Assembly: GCA_965223665.1 (NCBI GenBank)
Contig: OZ245011.1
Span: 2,720,001 to 2,784,000, forward strand
Length of the DNA: 64,000 nucleotides
Direction of reading: 5' to 3'
DNA from: Nitrospinaceae bacterium
GTDB lineage: Bacteria; Nitrospinota; Nitrospinia; Nitrospinales; Nitrospinaceae
The notes below the pieces were generated by a model. That model was not told the DNA's origin, ran no database searches, and saw only the letters and a list, made by a program, of their open reading frames with translations. A program made the translations under genes and the position numbers. Position 1 is the stretch's first letter; every line of letters begins with the position of its first letter. This document shows positions 14,101 through 21,442 of this stretch, piece by piece.

Positions 14101-15361
14101 GTTTTCCAAATAAATCTAAAATGTCGTTAGTGATTTCCTTATTAATATCAACCAAGACCTCTCCGGTTTCCGGGTCAACAATTTCTTTCCCCAGAAAAGA
14201 CCCGATCAAATCTTCACGGTCAATTTCAACCTTTTGCACTCGGCCACCGAGCTTATCTAATTTTTTAGAAATTGCTGGAGTGAGTTTTTTCCCAGACTTT
14301 AAAAGCACCTCTTCGGTTTTTGGGTCCACCACATCTTCTAATACTTTATACCCGGACAAAAGACTTTTGCTCGCCATAAAAAAACGATCATCTTTAAGCG
14401 AAACTTTCTCCAAGCTATAAAAAGATTCCAAAATCTCTTCATTAGACATCCCAAATGCATTAAGCAATATGGTGGCAGGCAACTTACGACGACGGTCAAT
14501 TTTTACGTGCAGAATATCCTTAATATCGAACTCAAAGTCCAACCAGGATCCACGATCTGGAATGACACGGGCAGAATATAAAAATTTCCCACTTACATGA
14601 GATTTTCCTTTGTCATGAGCAAAAAAAGCACCAGGAGAACGGTGCATTTGACTCACTATAACTCGCTCCACTCCGTTTATCATAAACGTCCCGGTATGAC
14701 TCATAACGGGCATTTCACCCAGGAAGATTTTTTGCTCTTTAACTTCACGAACTGAATTTATTACGATTTGAGGCACTTTTTCTTGAGCGAGCAAATCTAC
14801 AATTTTTTCGTCAATTTCAGTCCTTGCGGGAAGAAAGGGTTTACCGGTTTGCGGGTGCTTTACTTCTTCAACAATATATTTTCCTGGCAATTCCTTAAGT
14901 ACGCGAGGACTTAAATCAATCCGCTCACGATCAAACACAACCATGCGAACCATGATTTTAATCGGATCGGAATAGGTCAGCCCTTTTTGCCGACATTCAC
15001 TTAATTTAAATTTTTCTTTATAGGCAACCTCATTACCACAGGTCTCACAGGTAACACCGGCTCCGCCTAATTCCTTATACTCTCCGCAAGCACATTCCCA
15101 CACACCGATCTCATAACCCACATATTCTAATCGGGCATTTATATTTAAATCAGAAATAGGGAATACATCACGAAAAACTTCCTCAAGACCCTGATGCGCC
15201 CTTTCAACTGGGGGCACCTGGGTTTGAAGAAATTGCTCAAAGGATTTTTTCTGAATCTCTATTAAATTTGGTATCTCAATGACCCTAGGGATCTTTGAAA
15301 AGTTTAATCTTTCTCTTGAATCAATTTGGACACGATCGGTGGTTGTATTTGTCATAGACAA
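11153..15361 (-). CDS. rpoB: RNA polymerase beta subunit
   Basis: [22 protein letters not shown] and [18 protein letters not shown]; has N-terminal insertions (see findings). Confidence 0.99.
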   Translation of the reverse strand: MSMTNTTTDRVQIDSRERLNFSKIPRVIEIPNLIEIQKKSFEQFLQTQVPPVERAHQGLEEVFRDVFPISDLNINARLEYVGYEIGVWECACGEYKELGGAGVTCETCGNEVAYKEKFKLSECRQKGLTYSDPIKIMVRMVVFDRERIDLSPRVLKELPGKYIVEEVKHPQTGKPFLPARTEIDEKIVDLLAQEKVPQIVINSVREVKEQKIFLGEMPVMSHTGTFMINGVERVIVSQMHRSPGAFFAHDKGKSHVSGKFLYSARVIPDRGSWLDFEFDIKDILHVKIDRRRKLPATILLNAFGMSNEEILESFYSLEKVSLKDDRFFMASKSLLSGYKVLEDVVDPKTEEVLLKSGKKLTPAISKKLDKLGGRVQKVEIDREDLIGSFLGKEIVDPETGEVLVDINKEITNDILDLFGKHGISEFHILHIDEDLPDTTIRDTMVLAKIDNLDDAIREIYKRLRPGDPPTTEIAKTLFFNLFFNPKRYNLSVVGRLKMNQKFDLDIPLENRLLAKEDLIAVVKYLVDLRNGIGVIDDIDHLGNRRVRAVGESLENQFRVGLVRMERAIIERMSVQDLEVAMPHDLINSKPVTAAIKEFFGSSQLSQFMDQTNPLSEVTHKRRLSALGPGGLTRERAGFEVRDVHPTHYGRICPIETPEGPNIGLIASLSTYARVNDYGFIETPYRKVTEGKVSDKVEFHSAVVEDEFVIAQANAEMDSGNNLQNEIVDARQGGDFILSPREKIDFMDVSPKQLISVAASLIPFLENDDANRALMGSNMQRQAVPLLLTEAPLVGTGMESIVARDSGAVVVSDSDGEVISADSSRIVVRSSEKAKRHNRVLGSKVDIYTLSKYQRSNQNTCINQRPLVISGEKVKKGQVIADGPSTDKGELALGRNVLVAFMPWEGYNFEDAIVISEKVVKEDIFTSVHIEEFEVEARDTKQGKEEITRDISNVGEDALRNLDESGIIRIGASVKPNDILVGKITPKGETQLSPEEKLLKAIFGEKAGDVRDTSLRVPPGIQGIVIDVKVFSRKGVDKDSRSLSIEEEEIAKIEKDFSDEIDIVRSESEKKLTSMLLGKVVSKSETVGKRSFEKGHVLSAEDLKGVVSKDLVKIPVKDVDSAEMQQIDDSCKDQIQILKAMMSEKVAKLKKGDDLAPGVIKLVKVFVAMKRKLQVGDKMAGRHGNKGVVSKIVPEEDMPYMENGSPIELILNPLGVPSRMNVGQIFETNLGMAAKATGKHMATPVFDGANEEDVRRLLNEGGCSPSGEENLFDGRTGFPFQQKVMVGYIYMLKLHHLVDDKIHARSTGPYSLVTQQPLGGKAQFGGQRLGEMEVWALEAYGAAYSLQEMLTVKSDDVEGRKRMYEAIVKGDTNLTPSLPESFNVLVKELQSLAIDVELIETAK

Positions 15362-15421
15362 TAAAATGTCTCCTCAAGAAATTAATGGATGACACATTTA
15401 ACAAAAGGCAGGATAATTAAA

Positions 15422-15799
15422 TTATTTGACTTCAACCGTTCCGCCAGCTTCCTCAATCTTCTTCTGAATTTCGTCAGCTTCTTCCTTTTTCACTCCTTCT
15501 TTAATGGCTTTAGGTGCAGCTTCAACCAAATCTTTAGCATCTTTCAATCCTAATCCTGTAATCGCTCTAACTTCTTTAATTACCTGGATCTTTTTATCTC
15601 CCGCTGCGGTCAGAACCACATCAAACTCCGTTTTCTCTTCAGCGGGACCCGCATCACCGCCTCCTGCAGGCATTGCCATCATAGCAGGCGCGGCCGCAGA
15701 AACACCATACTTCTCTTCTAGCTCTTTAACAAACTCGGACATCTCCAACACTGTCATATTATCAATGAAGGAAACTACATCCTCCTTAGTGACTGCCAT
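15422..15799 (-). CDS. rplL: 50S ribosomal protein L7/L12
   Basis: [10 protein letters not shown] and [18 protein letters not shown] at 15799 fits the AGGAG spacing. Confidence 0.98.
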   Translation of the reverse strand: MAVTKEDVVSFIDNMTVLEMSEFVKELEEKYGVSAAAPAMMAMPAGGGDAGPAEEKTEFDVVLTAAGDKKIQVIKEVRAITGLGLKDAKDLVEAAPKAIKEGVKKEEADEIQKKIEEAGGTVEVK

Positions 15800-15886
15800 C
15801 ACAAACTCCTTTCATTCCATAAGTAAAACAAATTCAATTCCCTAAAAACCGTTTAAATTTTCTGTCTATTGCGGCATTATGCCACT

Positions 15887-16414
15887 TTAACCTTGAGCCT
15901 TTTTCTCTCGAATCGCATCCAATGTGCCCACCAACTGACGGAGCAAGCTACTGAACACACCCACAAAGTTGGTAGTCGGACCTTGCATCACAGAGAGCAT
16001 TTGGGCAATCAAAGCCTCCTTAGACGGAAGCTCTGACAAAGCTTTGACTTGCTCTGGAGTAACCTCTTTACCCTCCACCATTCCACAAATCACTTGTGGA
16101 TGCTTATCTGCACCGGATTTTTCAAAATCCGCCAAAGCTTTAGCTGGCGCAACCGGATCGTCATAACTCACCAACAAGGACACAGGCCCTTTAAAGCTAG
16201 ACTCAATGATCTCAAAAGGTGTGTTCTTCGCAGCTTTTTGAGCGAGGGTATTTTTTATAACCCTAAAATCCAAAGACCGTTCTTTCATATGCGCACGCAA
16301 AGCTGCCATATGAGCGGCGGACATACCATGATAATGACTCAGCACAGCAGATTTAGCCTTCGTAAATACATCATTTAAATCTTCAATCACCTCTTGTTTT
16401 GCTGGTGTAGGCAA
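15887..16414 (-). CDS. rplJ: 50S ribosomal protein L10
   Basis: VIKNTLA and LSELPSKEALIAQ; lies between rplA and rplL; TTG start. Confidence 0.96.
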   Translation of the reverse strand: MPTPAKQEVIEDLNDVFTKAKSAVLSHYHGMSAAHMAALRAHMKERSLDFRVIKNTLAQKAAKNTPFEIIESSFKGPVSLLVSYDDPVAPAKALADFEKSGADKHPQVICGMVEGKEVTPEQVKALSELPSKEALIAQMLSVMQGPTTNFVGVFSSLLRQLVGTLDAIREKKAQG

Positions 16415-16462
16415 CGGACTTTTCCTTTCAAATAACCATTAATTAATTATGATACCCACAAT

Positions 16463-17149
16463 TTATGGAACATAAGCAACTTTAATCCCCGGCCCCATGG
16501 TTGTAGACAACGAAATCCCTCGGACATATTGGCCTTTTGCGGTAGACGGACGGAGCTTTATCAGAGCACCCATTAATTCCTGAAAATTATCCACCAAATC
16601 ATCAACCGAAAAACTGACTTTTCCTACAGGCGCATGGACTATTCCTGCTTTATCGACACGGAAATCCACCTTACCCGCTTGAATCTGATCAATAGCTTCC
16701 TTAACTTCAAATGTCACAGTTCCCGTTTTGGGATTCGGCATCATTCCTCTTGGACCCAGAATCTTTCCCAACTTCCCCACAACACCCATCATATCGGGAG
16801 TAGCCACCACGCGATCAAAATCCAACCAACCTTCTTGAATTTTTTTCACCAAGTCATCCCCGCCCACGAACTCTGCTCCAGCATCCGAGGCTTCCTTTTC
16901 TTTTTCACCCTTAGCAAAAACCAAAATTCGGAATTTTTTACCGGTTCCCTTGGGAAGAACCACACTACCTCGAATATTCTGATCAGCCTTTCGGGGATCA
17001 ACCCCCAATCGGACAGCTATATCCACTGATTGATCAAACTTAACATCCGAACCATCCTTTGCCAGCTGAAGAGCATCCTTCACCTCATACTTTTTGAGGT
17101 TATCCACTTTTTCAGCGGCCGCATTATATTTTTTACCGTGCTTTGCCAT
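16463..17149 (-). CDS. rplA: 50S ribosomal protein L1
   Basis: [16 protein letters not shown] and STTMGPG. Confidence 0.99.
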   Translation of the reverse strand: MAKHGKKYNAAAEKVDNLKKYEVKDALQLAKDGSDVKFDQSVDIAVRLGVDPRKADQNIRGSVVLPKGTGKKFRILVFAKGEKEKEASDAGAEFVGGDDLVKKIQEGWLDFDRVVATPDMMGVVGKLGKILGPRGMMPNPKTGTVTFEVKEAIDQIQAGKVDFRVDKAGIVHAPVGKVSFSVDDLVDNFQELMGALIKLRPSTAKGQYVRGISLSTTMGPGIKVAYVP

Positions 17150-17169
17150 TTCAAAAACCCAAAAAGAAA

Positions 17170-17595
17170 TTAACCTTCAACTTTAATACCCATACTCTTT
17201 GCTGAGCCTTCTATGATCTTCATAGCCTGCTCGACATCATAGGCATTTAAATCTTCCATTTTCACATTAGCAATTTCCTTCACCTGCTCACGAGTTACTG
17301 TTCCAACCCCCTCGCGACTAGGATTAGAAGACCCCTTTGCTACTCCCGCGGCTTGTTTAAGCAAAATGGAAGCTGGGGGAGATTTTGTTATAAAGGAAAA
17401 GCTTCTATCCTCGTACACCGTAATGATCACCGGAATGATCATCCCTTCCTGCCCTTGCGTTTTTGCATTAAACGCTTTACAAAATTCCATAATATTGACG
17501 CCATTTTGACCCAAAGCTGGCCCTACAGGAGGCGAAGGAGTAGCCTGCCCAGCCGGGATCTGCAATTTAATCTGCGCCATTTCTTTTTTTGCCAT
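17170..17595 (-). CDS. rplK: 50S ribosomal protein L11
   Basis: [25 protein letters not shown]. Confidence 0.99.
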   Translation of the reverse strand: MAKKEMAQIKLQIPAGQATPSPPVGPALGQNGVNIMEFCKAFNAKTQGQEGMIIPVIITVYEDRSFSFITKSPPASILLKQAAGVAKGSSNPSREGVGTVTREQVKEIANVKMEDLNAYDVEQAMKIIEGSAKSMGIKVEG

Positions 17596-17618
17596 AACTC
17601 GAAACCTAGCCCTTAACT

Positions 17619-18155
17619 TTAAACTTTCTCAATTTGAGGAAACTCTAATTCCACCGGAGTAGCACGACCAAAGATTGAAACCATAACCTTAACCTTACCT
17701 TTATCCGGATTGATTTCCTCCACCACCCCGTTAAAATTCATAAACGGCCCCTCAATCACCCTCACGCTTTCACCTTTTTCAAAGGTAAACTTAGGCTTAG
17801 GCCGCGCTGATTCGCCACGAATCTGCTCCATAATGGTCCGAACTTCTGCCTCATTCAGAGGGGCCGGAGTTGCACCACCTGGAAATCCTGTAACTTTTGG
17901 TGTATTTTTAATTAAATACCAAATATCCTGGTCCATTTCGACGTTAACCAAAACATACCCAGGAAAAAATTTTCTGGAACTAATTTTTTTCTTGCCTTGC
18001 CGGATTTCAACCACTTCTTCGGTAGGGATAATCACTTCCCCTAACTTATCCCGAATCCCCGAATGCGTAAATCTCTCTTCCAAACTGGCCTTCACTTTAT
18101 TCTCATATCCGGAGTAGGTATGAATCACATACCATTCTTTGGCCATAGTTTCCAT
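17619..18155 (-). CDS. nusG: Transcription termination/antitermination factor NusG
   Basis: [19 protein letters not shown] and KOW domain ending [11 protein letters not shown]. Confidence 0.99.
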   Translation of the reverse strand: METMAKEWYVIHTYSGYENKVKASLEERFTHSGIRDKLGEVIIPTEEVVEIRQGKKKISSRKFFPGYVLVNVEMDQDIWYLIKNTPKVTGFPGGATPAPLNEAEVRTIMEQIRGESARPKPKFTFEKGESVRVIEGPFMNFNGVVEEINPDKGKVKVMVSIFGRATPVELEFPQIEKV

Positions 18156-18164
18156 AATCCTCAG

Positions 18165-18350
18165 CTAGGAGATCAATTTCTCCACAATTTTTGAGAGAAC
18201 GGTATCTACAATACCCAAAAAAACAGCAACTAAAAAAACAACCACGACAACAACCGCTGTTCCGCCCAGGGCTTCATTCTTTGAAGGCCAAGTTACTTTT
18301 TTAACTTCTGCCTTCACTTCCGACAAAAAATCTTTTGCCTTATCAATCAT
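18165..18350 (-). CDS. secE: Preprotein translocase subunit SecE
   Basis: EVKKVTWPS plus one TM helix; upstream of nusG. Confidence 0.97.
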   Translation of the reverse strand: MIDKAKDFLSEVKAEVKKVTWPSKNEALGGTAVVVVVVFLVAVFLGIVDTVLSKIVEKLIS

Positions 18351-18373
18351 TCAACAATCAACTTTAAGACTTA

Positions 18374-18448
18374 CAGGCCAGGAGGGACTCGAACCCCCAA
18401 CACCTAGATTTGGAGTCTAGTGCTCTAACCAATTAGAGCTACTGGCCT
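18374..18448 (-). tRNA. tRNA-Trp (CCA)
   Basis: Cloverleaf AGGCCAG...CTGGCCT; anticodon arm CTAGA-CTCCAAA-TCTAG; GTTCGAG T-loop; 3' CCA not encoded. Confidence 0.96.
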
Positions 18449-18541
18449 AACCATAATCCATCCAGGCCATCCATCCTGAATTAATACTTCCATTAAAGAG
18501 CCCCGCCAACCCTCCGGGAGGACCAAAATATCTCAATCAGA

Positions 18542-18691
18542 CTATTTGGTTTCTTTGTGGGGAGTATGTTTTTTACAAAACTTACAATACTTATTAAACT
18601 CCAACCGCGCAGTGGTCTTTTTTTTATTCTTTGTTGTAGAATAATTTCTTCGCTTACAGTCACCACAAGCCAGAATAATAATATCTCTCAT
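18542..18691 (-). CDS. rpmG: 50S ribosomal protein L33 (Zn-binding, two CxxC)
   Basis: Below the ORF-track size cut-off; manual translation [49 protein letters not shown]. Confidence 0.96.
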   Translation of the reverse strand: MRDIIILACGDCKRRNYSTTKNKKKTTARLEFNKYCKFCKKHTPHKETK

Positions 18692-18770
18692 AACTTATTC
18701 GCCCAGAACAAAATTTACCCAAGAAACCAAATTTTTAAATTTTTAAACCCCACAAAACCATATAAGACAG

Positions 18771-18842
18771 AGCCCACGATCGGGATTGAACCGATGACCT
18801 CTTCCTTACCAAGGAAGTGCTCCACCACTGAGCTACGTGGGC
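18771..18842 (-). tRNA. tRNA-Thr (GGT)
   Basis: GCCCACG...CGTGGGC acceptor stem; anticodon arm TTCC-TTGGTAA-GGAA; CCA not encoded. Confidence 0.96.
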
Positions 18843-18903
18843 GTGATCCCAAAACCTCCGTCACCCGGTTACCGATCCCGGACACCCTGATCACCGTTCA
18901 CCA

Positions 18904-18980
18904 TGGAGCGGGAAACGGGACTCGAACCCGCGACCCTCAGCTTGGAAGGCTGACGCTCTAGCCAACTGAGCTATTCCCGC
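18904..18980 (-). tRNA. tRNA-Gly (TCC)
   Basis: GCGGGAA...TTCCCGCTCCA; anticodon arm TCAGC-CTTCCAA-GCTGA. Confidence 0.97.
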
Positions 18981-18996
18981 ATAAAGCTAAAAAAAA

Positions 18997-19081
18997 TGGT
19001 GGGGAGAGGAGGATTCGAACCTCCGAAGGCTGAGCCGACAGATTTACAGTCTGTTCCCTTTGGCCACTCGGGAATCTCCCC
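18997..19081 (-). tRNA. tRNA-Tyr (GTA)
   Basis: GGGGAGA...TCTCCCCACCA; anticodon arm ACAGA-CTGTAAA-TCTGT; long variable arm. Confidence 0.97.
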
Positions 19082-19261
19082 AGCTTCCGAGGTGGTCACA
19101 CCCTCCACTTCATCTTAAATTCTTCAATTAACAAAGGAATACCCGACCTTTTATTATCAGCCAAAATAAAACAAACCCGCCGGGCATGAATCTCCGCTTG
19201 CCGATTCTATACCAGCCCCAAATTCTCTAGAGGATCACTCCAGTCAAAATGAAAAACGTCT

Positions 19262-19291
19262 ATATTACTTTTTTGTTTTGATTAGTGTCAA
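19262..19291 (-). promoter_or_regulatory. Sigma70-type promoter for the tRNA/rpmG/secE cluster
   Basis: TTGACA-N18-TAATAT with upstream T-tracts. Confidence 0.55.
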
Positions 19292-19475
19292 TAAAAAAGA
19301 GAAAAAAAATAGCCTATGGCGGTTAGAGGGCTTAAATGCCCTGAGGTCAATTATTTACTCTAGCATGAAAGTTATGTGATAACAAATTTTTTTGGGGATT
19401 TTTTACTCTTTGGATCCTTAAAATTTTCTAAAAAAAATGGTTATTTTTTTAAAAATAAACTTTCAAATTATCCAC

Positions 19476-20705
19476 TCAATTTGGGTGGAATTTTTCTCCG
19501 CGAATCATTACAAAATCTGCTTCCTTGAGTTTATTTTCAAATGGAATATCCCACCAATCCATAAACGACTCTGGATATTTAAAACCAACCAAATTCGCTG
19601 CATTTCCCTCGCAAACTATTCCATTATTTAGGTTTAAAGCTTTAGCTCCAAGACAAGTGGCCATTTCCAAAATTTGGATTCGACTTATCCCTGGGCTAAG
19701 CTTTTCAATTTTACGAATTTCTTCTAAAAAATTAAGAGAATCATTACTTGCCAATGAATCTGTTCCTATTCCCACAGGTACTCCCAAATCTAAAAGCTTT
19801 TTCACTGGCATCCACTGCTTTCTTTCGAACCAAAGAGTACTTCCCGGACAAAACGCAGCGGATAAGTAATCAGGGCCTAACCAATTTAAATCCTGGTCGA
19901 TATGATTCAGATGAACTCCCAATAATGGAAAGATCCCCAATTCTTTTAAATATTTTGCAGGAGTTTTCTGTGGTGGCTTCCAGGAAGGATCTTCTACCCC
20001 TCGGTTTCTTAATAATTCCAAAAAATCACCTTGACCAGATTGTAAAAACTCGGTTTCCTCTGGAACCTCAGCAACATGACAAGACACTGGGCAAGAATAT
20101 TTGTCCGCCAAATCACGCAACCTCTTTAATAAAACCGGTGAAACAGAATAAGGAGCATGTGGGGCAATGCCTAATCGCAAATGATCACTCTGTGGGGAAA
20201 TTTGCTGTAAAACTTCTTCAACCAATTGAACCCGATTTTCAGCCATTGCCGATTGAAATCCAAAAGTCTCAATAAAAAGAATTTGGTTAAAGGGTAGTTG
20301 AGCAAACTCTACCAGCAACTCTGGATGAGAAAAATAATCCCCTAATGCAGTTACTCCCGACCGAAGCATTACCTGGGTTTGCTCATGAACTGCTGAAATT
20401 CGTTCTTGCCAGAGTAAACTCTCATTTTCTTTAACAACTTGCTTTATCCAGTCGGTGAACTTTAATCCTTGAGGGATTTTTCCGGCTAAGGCAGAAAGAG
20501 AAAGATGACAATGGGCATTCACAAAACCCGGAAGGATTAAATGATTAGATAAATCGTAAGTCTTTCCAGAAAAAGAAGCACTGACTTGGGGGTGGATCGC
20601 CTCAATGAAACCATCCCTAAGAATAATTTCTCCATCGTCCCACTCTTCTCCAGTCATGGGAATAAGTTTTTTAAATAAAATACGTTTTAAAGAAATTGGG
20701 TTCAT
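19476..20705 (-). CDS. Metal-dependent amidohydrolase (nucleoside deaminase-like: MTA/SAH or aminodeoxyfutalosine deaminase)
   Basis: PGFVNAHCHL (HxH), PHAPYS, HVAE and GTDS motifs of the amidohydrolase superfamily. Confidence 0.8.
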   Translation of the reverse strand: MNPISLKRILFKKLIPMTGEEWDDGEIILRDGFIEAIHPQVSASFSGKTYDLSNHLILPGFVNAHCHLSLSALAGKIPQGLKFTDWIKQVVKENESLLWQERISAVHEQTQVMLRSGVTALGDYFSHPELLVEFAQLPFNQILFIETFGFQSAMAENRVQLVEEVLQQISPQSDHLRLGIAPHAPYSVSPVLLKRLRDLADKYSCPVSCHVAEVPEETEFLQSGQGDFLELLRNRGVEDPSWKPPQKTPAKYLKELGIFPLLGVHLNHIDQDLNWLGPDYLSAAFCPGSTLWFERKQWMPVKKLLDLGVPVGIGTDSLASNDSLNFLEEIRKIEKLSPGISRIQILEMATCLGAKALNLNNGIVCEGNAANLVGFKYPESFMDWWDIPFENKLKEADFVMIRGEKFHPN

Positions 20706-20828
20706 AAGCTATGAGTTTTTTTGGTCAAACCCAATTGTGACCGACCCAAATAAACTGTTTGATAAAGAAAATATTACCTTATGGAGAAAATCAAAATAGA
20801 AGTGCTTTTGTAAGAGGAGGTATAAATT

Positions 20829-21371
20829 TTATTCCACCCATTTTCCAACTCTATTCCATCGAATTTGATTTGTTTCACCATCTATAGACCAATAAATTAA
20901 CTTTACTATACCAACTACTTTCTGAATTTCTATAAATCCTTTAAATCTACTATCATTACTATTTTCTCGGTTATCACCCAGAACAAAAAGGAACCCTTCG
21001 GAAATTCTCAGAGGTTTAAGATCATCTCTGGGAAAAAAGGGTTCTTCCTTAACCAGTTCAGTATGATAAGCATATGGCTCCACGATTTCACTGTCATTTA
21101 TATAAACTTTTTGTTTTTTTATTTCCAATATTTCTCCCGGTAGACCGATCACTCTTGCGATAAATTTTCTACTGTCATCTCCAGAATAAGAAAACACAAT
21201 TATTTCACCCCTTTTAAGTCCTTCTTTTTTTCCAAACCATTTGTTAACTAATATATGATCCCCACTAATAAGAGTTGGAGCCATGGATCCTGAAGGAAGT
21301 CGGAATGAAGACAACCAAAATCCAATCAAAACTGTTAATAAAATAATGAAAAATAATTTTTTAAGGCTCAT
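20829..21371 (-). CDS. Signal peptidase I family protein (catalytic Lys replaced by Ala)
   Basis: N-terminal TM, SGSMAPTL, RGEIIVF, FIARVIGLPGE and GDNRENSNDSR. Confidence 0.9.
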   Translation of the reverse strand: MSLKKLFFIILLTVLIGFWLSSFRLPSGSMAPTLISGDHILVNKWFGKKEGLKRGEIIVFSYSGDDSRKFIARVIGLPGEILEIKKQKVYINDSEIVEPYAYHTELVKEEPFFPRDDLKPLRISEGFLFVLGDNRENSNDSRFKGFIEIQKVVGIVKLIYWSIDGETNQIRWNRVGKWVE

Positions 21372-21442
21372 TAAAAAATTTCCAAAACAGAAAATGCCTC
21401 AAAACAAAATAAACTTGGCAATTGAAATTCGAGAACAGTTAA

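Noticed and set aside
16415-16462. Looked for an L10 leader upstream of rplJ
   Set aside because: The spacer is only 48 nt and AT-rich; no such structure was visible.
2-18117. Many plus-strand ORFs of 60-170 aa over the ribosomal and RNAP genes
   Set aside because: Antisense shadows of conserved minus-strand genes, with no recognisable motifs.
18858-18903. Weak 7-nt periodicity in the tRNA-Gly/Thr spacer (ccgtcac ccggtta ccgatcc cggacac)
   Set aside because: Too degenerate and short to distinguish from chance.
18557-18961. 134-aa plus-strand ORF
   Set aside because: Lies antisense to rpmG, tRNA-Thr and tRNA-Gly.
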